From Malacoraja senta (Eukaryota), in contig JAXLNO010000480.1 in assembly GCA_038087875.1 (NCBI GenBank), positions 62,001-82,377 of the forward strand: a stretch of 20,377 nt of DNA, written 5' to 3'. A program made the translations under genes and the position numbers. Shown in pieces: positions 12,400 through 20,377 of the stretch. The notes beneath the pieces are model-generated. The model saw only the letters and a list, made by a program, of their open reading frames with translations, searched no databases and was not told the DNA's origin. The number at the start of each line of letters is the position of its first letter. Position 1 is the stretch's first letter.

Positions 12400-12603
12400 C
12401 ACTTTATGTAAAGAGCAACAAGTCGGAGGGTAATTATTATCCCGCAGACAAACACTGCCCCAGGTGGATATCATGATGTGTGCAACAAACATTGATTGGC
12501 CACTGGTGGGCGAAGGGTTAATGTGGTAATCAGCTTGATTGAAGCTGATTAGAAAATTGTCAGCTGCTGTGTATAAAAGGGGGAGTTGTGGGAGTGTCTG
12601 AGC
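12400..12603 (+). promoter_or_regulatory. Putative Pol II promoter module
   Basis: TTATGTAA 12404-12411, inverted CCAAT (ATTGG) 12495-12499, palindrome TAATCAGCTT-N5-AAGCTGATTA 12527-12551, TATAAAAG 12572-12579. Confidence 0.4.
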
Positions 12604-13795
12604 GCAGTTGTCCTGGGCTGTGGATGGGAGCAGTGGTCCTGGGCTGTGGATGGGAGCAGTGGTCCTGGGCTGTGGATGGGAGCAGTGGTCCTGGGCTGTG
12701 GATGGGAGCAGTGGTCCTGGGCTGTGGATGGGAGCAGTTGTCCTGGGCTGTGGATGGGAGCAGTGGTCCTGGGCTGTGGATGGGAGCAGTGGTCCTGGGC
12801 TGTGGATGGGAGCAGTGGTCCTGGGCTGTGGATGGGAGCAGTGGTCCTGGGTTGTGGATGGGAGCAGTGGTCCTGGGCTGTGGATGGGAGCAGTGGTCCT
12901 GGGCTGTGGATGGGAGCAGTGGTGATGGGCTGTGGATGGGAGCAGTGGTCCTGGGCTGTGGATGGGAGCAGTGGTCCTGGGCTGTGGATGGGAGCAGTGG
13001 TCCTGGGTTGTGGATGGGAGCAGTGGTCCTGGGCTGTGGATGGGAGCTGTGGTCCTGGGCTGTGGATGGGAGCAGTGGTCCTGGGCTGTGGATGGGAGCA
13101 GTGGTCCTGGGCTGTGGATGGGAGCAGTGGTCCTGGGCTGTGGATGGGAGCAGTGGTCCTGGGCTGTGGATGGGAGCAGTGGTCCTGGGCTGTGGATGGG
13201 AGCAGTGGTCCTGGGTTGTGGATGGGAGCAGTGGTCCTGGGCTGTGGATGGGAGCAGTGGTCCTGGGCTGTGGATGGGAGCAGTGGTCCTTGGCTGTGGA
13301 TGGGAGCAGTGGTCCTGGGCTGTGGATGGGAGCAGTGGTCCTGGGCCTGTGGATGGGAGCAGTGGTCCTGGGCTGTTGCTGGGAGCAGTGGTCATGGGCT
13401 GTGGATGGGAGCAGTTGTCCTGGGCTGTGGATGGGAGCAGTGGTCCTGGGCTGTGGATGGGAGCAGTGGTCCTGGGCTGTGGGTGGGAGCAGTGGTCCTG
13501 GGCTGTGGATGGGAGCAGTGGTCCTGGGCTGCGGATGGGAGCAGTGGTCCTGGGCTGTGGATAGGAACAGTGGTCCTGGGCTGTGGATGGGAGCAGTGGT
13601 CCTGGGCTGCGGATGGGAGCAGTGGTCCTGGGCTGTGGATGGGAGCAGTGGTCCTGGGCTGTGGGTGGGAGCAGTGGTCCTGGGCTGTGGATGGGAGCAG
13701 TGGTCCTGGGCTGTGGATGGGAGCAGGGTCATGGGCTGTGGATGGGAGCAGTGGTCCTGGGCTGTGGATGGGAGCAGTGCTCCTGGGCTGTGGAT
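12604..13795 (+). repeat. 26-bp minisatellite, left block (~46 copies)
   Basis: Unit GCAGTGGTCCTGGGCTGTGGATGGGA. Confidence 0.98.
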
Positions 13796-15687
13796 ACATA
13801 GATACATAGATATATAGAAAATAGATGCAGGAGTAGGCCATTCGGCCCTTCGAGCCTGCACCGCCATTCAATATGATCATGGCTGATCATCCAACTCAGT
13901 ATCCCGTACCTGCCTTCTCTCCATACCCCCCTGATCCCCTTAGCCACAAGGGCCACATCTAACTCCCTCTTAAATATAGCCAATGAACTGGCCTCAACTT
14001 CCCTCTGTGGCAGAGAGTTCCAGAGATTCACCACTCTCTGTGTGAAAAAGTTTTTCCTCATCTCGGTCTTAAAGGATTTCCACCTTATCCTTAAGCTGTG
14101 ACCCCTTGTCCTGGACTTCCCCAACATCGGGAACAATCTTCCTGCATCTAGCCTGTCCAACCCCATAAGAATTTTGTACGTTTCTATAAGATCCCCTCTC
14201 AATCTCCTAAATTCTAGCGAGTATAAGCCAAGTCTATCCAGTCTTTCTTCATATGAAAGTCCTGACATCCCAGGAATCAGTCTGGTGAACCTTCTCTGCA
14301 CTCCCTCTATGGCTATAATGTCCTTCCTCAGATTTGGAGACCAAAAACTGTACGCAATACTCCAGGTGTGGTCTCACCAAGACCCTGTACAACTGCAGTA
14401 GAACCTCCCTGCTCCTATACTCAAATCCTCTTGCTATGAAGGCCAACATACCATTCGCTTTCTTCACTGCCTGCTGCACCTGCATGCCTACTTTCAATGA
14501 CTGGTGTTCCATGATACCCAGGTCTGGCTGCGTCTCCCCATTTCCTAATCGGCCACCATTTAGATAATAGTCTGCCTTCCCGTTTTTGCCACCAAAGTGG
14601 ATAACCTCACATTTATCCACATTATACTGCATCTGCCAAACATTTGCCCACTCACCCAGCCTATCCAAGTCACCTTGCAGTCTCCTAGCATCCTCCTCAC
14701 AGCTAACACTGCCCCCCCAGCTTAGTGTCATCCGCAAACTTGGAGATGTTGCCTTCAATTCCCTCATCCAGGTCATTAATATAAATTGTAAATAGCTGGG
14801 GTCCCAGCACTGAGCCTTGCGGTACCCCACTAGTCACTGCCTGCCATTGTGGAAAAGGACCCGTTTACTCCTACTCTTTGCTTCCTGTTTGCCAGCCAGT
14901 TCTCTATCCACATCAATACTGAACCCCCAATACCGTGTGCTTTAAGTTTGTATCCTAATCTCTTATGTGGTACCTTGTCGAAAGCCTTCTGAAAGTCCAG
15001 ATACAACACATCCACTGGTTCTCCCCTATCCACTCTACTAGTTACATCCTCGAAAAATTCTATAAGATTCGTCAGACATGATTTACCTTTCGTAAATCCA
15101 TGCTGACTTTGTCCAATGATTTCACCACTTTCCAAATGTGCTGCTATCCCATCTTTAATAACTGACTCTAGCAGTTTCCCCACTACCGATGTTAGACTAA
15201 CTGGTCTGTAATTCCCCGTTTTCTCTCTCCCTCCCTTCTTAAAAAGTGGGGTTACGTTTGCTACCCTCCAATCCTCAGGAACTACTCCAGAATCTAAAGA
15301 GTTTTGAAAAATTAGCACTAATGCATCCACTATTGCTGGAGCTACTTCCTTAAGTACTCTGGGATGCAGCCTATCTGGCCCTGGTGATTTATCGGCCTTT
15401 AATCCATTCAATTTACCCAACACCACTTCCCGGCTAACCTGGATTTCACTCAGTTCCTCTATCTCCTTTGACCCGTGGCCCCCTGCTATTTCCGGCAGAT
15501 TATTTATGTCTTCCTTAGTGAAGACGGAACCAAAGTAGTTATTCAATTGGTCTGCCATATCCTTGTTCCCCATGATCAATTCACCTGTTTCTGACTGCAA
15601 GGGACCTACATTTGTTTTAACTAATCTCTTTCTCTTCACATATCTATAAAAACTTTTGCAGTCAGTTTTTATGTTCCCTGCCAGTTC
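13796..15687 (-). mobile_element. Young 5'-truncated CR1 LINE (RT domain to 3' tail) inserted in the 26-bp array
   Basis: ORFs 14830..15639, 14249..14830 and 13729..14301 together give a continuous RT ([51 protein letters not shown]); GGGCCGAATGGCC stem-loop; (CTATGTAT)n-like tail. Confidence 0.96.
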
Positions 15688-15694
15688 AAATTAC

Positions 15695-16230
15695 ATGGGA
15701 GCAGTGGTCCTGGGCTGTGGATGGGAGCAGTGGTCCTGGGCTGTGGATGGGAGCAGTGGTCATGGGCTGTGGATGGGAGCAGTGGTCCTGGGCTGTGGAT
15801 GGGAGCAGTGGTCCTGGGCTGTGGATGGGAGCAGTGGTCCTGGGCTGTGGATGGGAGCAGTGGTCCTGGGCTGTGGATGGGAAGCAGTGGTCCTGGGCTG
15901 TGGATGGGTGCAGTGGTCCTGGGCTGTTGCTGGGAGCAGTGGTCATGGGCTGTGGATGGGAGCAGTGGTCATGGGCTGTGGATGGGAGCAGTGGGTCCTG
16001 GGCTGTGGATGGGAGCAGTGGTCCTGGGCTGTGGATGGGGAGCAGTGGTCCTGGGCTGTGGATGGGAAGCAGTGGTCCTGGGCTGTGGATGGGAGCAGTG
16101 GTCCTGGGCTGTGGATGGGAGCAGTGGTCCTGGGCTGTGGATGGGAGCAGTGGTCCTGGGCTGTGGATGGGAGCAGTGGTCCTGGGCTGTGGATGGGAAC
16201 AGTGGTCCTGGGCTGTGGATGGGAACAGTG
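15695..16230 (+). repeat. 26-bp minisatellite, right block (~20 copies)
   Basis: Same unit as 12604-13795, resuming in register at ATGGGAGCAG. Confidence 0.98.
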
Positions 16231-16463
16231 CTCAGGGTAGAGACAGGGAGTCTCCCCTTGTGTCTGATGTTGATCTACATCTCCAGGGCATGAGGTCGGT
16301 GAGAACACTATCGCTTTCTCCTGAATTGTGTTTGCTTCTTTGATTAATTCTGCTGACTTTTCCTTTCAATTGTTGTCATTTGAAGTGTCCAGGGGTTTTA
16401 ATGATTATTTTTTTCTGGTGCAGCTGGAATTGTGCTGATTCTGTGCTGTAATCTCCGAACTAA

Positions 16464-16546
16464 AAGGATGTTTCTACTAGCGGGAGAGTCTCGGACCAGA
16501 GGGCACAGTGTCAGAATAAAAGGATGTATCTTTACTAAAGTGATGA
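16464..16546 (+). mobile_element. Short CR1 fragment
   Basis: RMFLLAGESRTRGHSVRIKG homology. Confidence 0.7.
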
Positions 16547-16594
16547 TACCCTAACCTTATCACAACTGAAATTGAATCTGGCTGATGTAAAATG

Positions 16595-17190
16595 TAGAAA
16601 CCAAGACCTGTAGATGCTGGTTTATACCAAAGATAGACACATCGCTGGAGTGACTGAGTGGGTCAGGCAGCATCTCTCGAGAAACAAGTGATTTTGGGAT
16701 GGAATAGAAGAAGGGTTCTTACCCAAAATATCACCCTCCTTTTCCTCCAGAGATGGTGCCTGACCTGCTGAGTTTCTCCAGCACTCTGATCATAGTCTTC
16801 TCTATATCCCGCAGCTCTGCTCTTACTCCCCACCCCCCTACTCGTAACAAGGACACAGTCCCCCATGTCCTCACCTTCCATCCTACCAGCCGTCACATAC
16901 AACAGATAATCCTCCAACATTTTTGCCACCTCCAACGGGATCCACCACTGGCCTCATCTTCCCATCCTCCAATTTCAGTGGTTTCTCCCTCCTTCCCCTT
17001 CCCAGCTCTCCCACAGCCTATTGTCTCTGCCTTTTCCGTCCTTTTTTCCCGCACCCCCACCCCAACTTCAGTCTGAAGAAGGGTCTCGACCCTGAAACGT
17101 CTTCCTTCTCTCCATAGATGCTGCCTCACCTGCTGAGTTACACCAGCATTTTTGTCCACCTTCGATTTTTCCAGCTTCTGCAGTTCTCTC
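16595..17190 (+). mobile_element. Penelope-like element remnant: terminal repeats flanking an RT-thumb/linker coding fragment
   Basis: ISRSSALTPHPPTRNKDTVPHVLTFHPTSRHIQQIILQHFCHLQRDP (ORF 16753..17076); inverted repeat copy at 16595-16700; intact CTGAAGA..GAAACGTC at 17073-17101. Confidence 0.78.
17073..17101 (+). ncRNA. Minimal type I hammerhead-ribozyme-like motif (best-preserved core)
   Basis: CUGAAGA-AGGGU(CUCG)ACCCU-GAAA-CG-UC; helix I pairing is weak in this copy. Confidence 0.5.
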
Positions 17191-17195
17191 TTAAT

Positions 17196-17337
17196 CCACA
17201 CGGTGGGAGTGTTGACCACAAATTGGATGGGCCTGCAGTGCGGCGGATCACCACACGGTGGGAGTGTTGACCACAAATTGGACGGGCCTGCAGTGCGGTG
17301 GATCACCACACGGTGGGAGTGTTGACCACAAATTGGA
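17196..17337 (+). repeat. 55-bp tandem repeat, ~2.6 copies
   Basis: CCACACGGTGGGAGTGTTGACCACAAATTGGA starts at 17196, 17251 and 17306. Confidence 0.95.
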
Positions 17338-17521
17338 GCGACCTGTTGGTGAATTCACTGCACATTGGGAGCGCTGTCTACAAATTAGATATTGTGCTCT
17401 TTACTGCAAAATGGGTCTTTATTGCTCTGTGACCCTTTACCTTTCCCCATAATGCACCCATTGCACAGATACCAAATTTAGTAAAAGCCCTGAAACCAGG
17501 GAAGATTTGGGATGAAAATCA

Positions 17522-17707
17522 AGGAACTGCAGGTGCTGGTTTACAAAACAAGACACAAAGTGCTGGAGTAACTCAGCGGGTCAGGCAGCATCTGTGGAGA
17601 ACATGGATAGGTGACGTTTCACAAGAGTGCTGGAGTAACTCAGCGGGTCAGGCAGCATCTGTGGGGAACATGGATAGGTGAGATCTTGGGTTGGGAGCCT
17701 CAGACTG
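17522..17707 (-). mobile_element. Penelope-derived repeat with internal duplication
   Basis: GTGCTGGAGTAACTCAGCGGGTCAGGCAGCATCTGTGG..ACATGGATAGGTGA occurs twice. Confidence 0.65.
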
Positions 17708-17953
17708 ATTTCTGGGTGAGGTTCCATTTACTTCATGAAGGCAATGGCAAGAATGAATTTGTCTCCTGGATAGATGTCCAATTGTGTTTTAATTGGGGCC
17801 CTTTATGAAGACTGGTTTTCAGTTGATGACTAATTGTTATGATTAAGAAGACAGCGAGGAATTTAAAGTGGATCTACATTGTACTTGGTTGAGGAAAGTT
17901 AACGTGAACTAGTTGTTAACCTCTTGTGTGAAATGGGGAAGTACAACGGGTTC

Positions 17954-18669
17954 TGGGGGTCCTTGTTCATCAGTCACTGAAAGTAAGCATGCAGGTACAG
18001 CAGGCAGTGAAGAAAGCCAATGGCATGTTGACCTTTATAACAAGAGGAGTTGAGTATAGGAGCAAAGAGGTCCTTCTGCAGTTGTACAGGGCCCTAGTGA
18101 GACCACACCTGGAGTATTGTGTGCAGTTTTGGTCCCCTAATTTGAGGAAGGACATCCTTGCTATTGAGGGAACCCAGCGTAGGTTCACCAGGTTAATTCC
18201 TGGGATGGCGGGACTGTCATATGCTGAGAGAATGGAGCGGCTGGGCTTGTACACTCTGGAGTTTAGAAGAATGAGAGGGGATCTCATTGAAACATATACG
18301 TTTGTTAAGGAGTTGGACACGCTAGAGGCAGGAAACGTGTTCCCAATATTGGGGGAGTCCAGAACCAGGGGCCACACACAGTTTAAGAATAAGGGGTAAG
18401 CCATTTAGAACGTAGATGAGGAAACACTTTTTCTCACAGAGAGTGGTGAGTCTGTGGAATTCTCTGCCCCAGAGGGCGGTGGAGGCAGGTTCTCTGGATG
18501 CTTTCCAGAGAGAGCTAGATAGGGCTCTTAAAGATAGCAGAGTCAGGGGATATGGGGAGAAGGCAGGAACGGGGTACTGATTGGGGATGATCAGCCATGA
18601 TCACATTGAATGGCGGTGCTGGCTCGAAGGGCCAAATGGCCTCTACTCCTGCACCTATTGTCTATTGTC
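17954..18669 (+). mobile_element. 5'-truncated CR1 LINE 3' end
   Basis: ORF 17989..18399 (KKANGML..RPHLEYCVQFWSP..GESRTRGH); GGGCCAAATGGCC stem-loop; (CTATTGT)2 tail. Confidence 0.95.
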
Positions 18670-18720
18670 AAACCCCAACCTTCAACCGTGACCCTTAACC
18701 CTTAACTCACTGCACCCACA

Positions 18721-19040
18721 CACTGGTCACTGCGGTCACACACTGGTCACTGCGGCCACAGACTGGTCACTGCGGCCACACACTGGTCACTGCGGCCACG
18801 CACTGGTCACTGCGGTCACACACTGGTCACTGCGGCCACACACTGGTCACTGCGGCCACACACTGGTCACTGCAGTCACACACTGGTCACTGCGGCCACA
18901 CACTGGTAACTGCGGCCACACACTGGTCACTGCGGCCACACACTGGTCACTGCGGCCACACACTGGTCACTGCGGCCACACACTGGTCACTGCGGCCACA
19001 CACTGGTCACTGCGGCCACGCACTGGTCACTGCAGCCACA
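18721..19040 (+). repeat. 20-bp minisatellite, 16 copies
   Basis: Unit CACTGGTCACTGCGGCCACA. Confidence 0.97.
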
Positions 19041-19051
19041 CACTGATCTCA

Positions 19052-19104
19052 GGATCCAGGCTCAGTCTCCGCAGAGGCGAGTGTTTGAATCCCACCACTG
19101 CCCA
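19052..19104 (+). pseudogene. tRNA-Leu-like 3' half (degenerate)
   Basis: GGATCCAGGCTCAGTCTCCGCAGAGGCGAGTGTTTGAATCCCACCACTGCCCA resembles vertebrate tRNA-Leu GGATTAAGGCTCCAGTCTCTTCGGAGGCGTGGGTTCGAATCCCACCGCTGCCA (recalled, not searched); D-arm absent. Confidence 0.65.
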
Positions 19105-19150
19105 GTGTGTGGGTGTAGTGGCCAGAGTGGTGTGGTTGACCCACACACAG

Positions 19151-19203
19151 TGGGCAGTGGTGGGATTCAAACCCTCGCCTCTGCAGAAAAAGCCTGGATC
19201 CAG
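19151..19203 (-). pseudogene. tRNA-Leu-like 3' half, inverted copy
   Basis: Minus strand CTGGATCCAGGCTTTTTCTGCAGAGGCGAGGGTTTGAATCCCACCACTGCCCA. Confidence 0.6.
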
Positions 19204-19399
19204 AGATCAGTGACCAGTGTGATGGCTGCAGTGGCCAAAGGGCCATATTTCTGTGCTGTACGACAGTGAGGTGAAGGTCTGTGTAGACTTGTCAATCTGA
19301 TCGATGTTCCAGTCACAGCCTCATGGACACGTCCAGAGACCCCCCTCTCCCCTCCCCCCTCACACACTCCCTCCCTCCCTCCCTTCCTCTCTCCGCCCC

Positions 19400-19640
19400 A
19401 GAGAAGTGGCACGTGGAACATGGTGCAGCAAAGTGTGGAGTCGTGCATGCTGGTCGCAGGAATAAAGGCGAAGACTATTTTGTAAATGGGGACAGAATTG
19501 GGAAATCAGAGGTGTAACTGGTGCAGGATTCCCAAAATGTTCATCTGCGGTCGAATCAGTAGTTACAAAAGCAAACTCAATGCTGGCATTTATTTACAGA
19601 GGGCTTGTGTACAACAGGGATGTATTGGAGACTCTACAAG
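19400..19640 (+). mobile_element. Decayed CR1 ORF2 fragment running into the terminal array
   Basis: EKWHVEHGAAKCGVVHAGRRNKGEDYFVNGDRIGKSEV..KANSMLAFIYRGLVY; matches CR1 WQMQYNVDKCEVIHFG..KANGMLAFIARG. Confidence 0.8.
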
Positions 19641-20377
19641 GTGGGATGTAATGGTGAGAGTCTACAAGGTGGGATGTAATGGTGAGAGTCTACAAGGTGG
19701 GATGTAATGGTGACTCTACAAGGTGGGATGTAATGGTGAGATTCTACAAGGTGGGATGTAATGGTGACTCTACAAGGTGGGATGTAATGGTGAGACTCTA
19801 CAAGGTGGGATGTAATGGTGAGAGTCTACAAGGTGGGATGTAATGGTGAGATTCTACAAGGTGGGATGTAATGGTGACTCTACAAGGTGGGATGTAATGG
19901 TGACTCTACAAGGTGGGATGTAATGGTGAGACTCTACAAGGTGGGATGTAATGGTGAGAGTCTACAAGGTGGGATGTAATGGTGAGATTCTACAAGGTGG
20001 GATGTAATGGTGACTCTACAAGGTGGGATGTAATGGTGAGATTCTACAAGGTGGGATGTAATGGTGACTCTACAAGGTGGGATGTAATGGTGACTCTACA
20101 AGGTGGGATGTAATGGTGAGATTCTACAAGGTGGGATGTAATGGTGACTCTACAAGGTGGGATGTAATGGTGACTCTACAAGGTGGGATGTAATGGTGAC
20201 TCTACAAGGTGGGATGTAATGGTGAGATTCTACAAGGTGGGATGTAATGGTGAGATTCTACAAGGTGGGATGTAATGGTGACTCTACAAGGTGGGATGTA
20301 ATGGTGAGATTCTACAAGGTGGGATGTAATGGTGACTCTACAAGGTGGGATGTAATGGTGAGATTCTACAAGGTGGG
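19628..20377 (+). repeat. 26/28-bp minisatellite (continues past the window end), derived from CR1 ORF2 codons
   Basis: Unit GGGATGTAATGGTGA(GA)[C/T/G]TCTACAAGGT; about 27-28 copies visible. Confidence 0.96.

Noticed and set aside
12250..13880. Long ORFs (381-435 aa) on both strands, and similar ORFs at 15656-16343
   Set aside because: Translations of a stop-free 26-bp repeat; all frames give the same 26-aa period, so there is no evidence of coding.
5126..15687. Two CR1 copies starting at nearly the same ORF2 position (near YVKRK)
   Set aside because: Only two cases, and the first boundary abuts another repeat, so coincidence is sufficient.
16290..16343. MRSVRTLSLSPELCLLL as an immunoglobulin leader peptide
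   Set aside because: Poor hydrophobic core, ends in a stop, and no V exon or recombination signal downstream.
18670..18707. Telomere-like AACCCC/AACCCTT repeats
   Set aside because: Only a few very degenerate units and no perfect CCCTAA run.
19052..19203. Functional tRNA genes
   Set aside because: The 5' acceptor strand and D-arm are missing and the T-loop is mutated, so no cloverleaf forms.

Overview
Eukaryotic, repeat-dense vertebrate DNA. The repeat content (V-domain tRNA SINEs of HE1 type, CR1-clade LINEs, Penelope-derived repeats) points to a cartilaginous fish, probably a skate or ray; this is an inference. The only host gene seen is a ~26-finger C2H2 zinc-finger exon (1829-~4020, +) broken by several 1-nt indels, which could be pseudogenisation or long-read errors. 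The rest is nested transposon debris: many CR1 fragments, two V-SINEs, Penelope coding remnants with about ten Penelope-terminal repeats carrying hammerhead-ribozyme-like cores, and a 2.25-kb non-autonomous DNA transposon with a 5-bp target duplication that splits a CR1 ORF. There are five minisatellite arrays (34, 26, 55, 20 and 26/28 bp units); two visibly arose inside CR1 sequence and one is split by a young CR1. Also present are a TATA/CCAAT promoter-like module directly upstream of the 26-bp array and a palindrome of two tRNA-Leu 3' halves. No CRISPR or prokaryotic features were found, and no clearly new biological system can be claimed from sequence alone.
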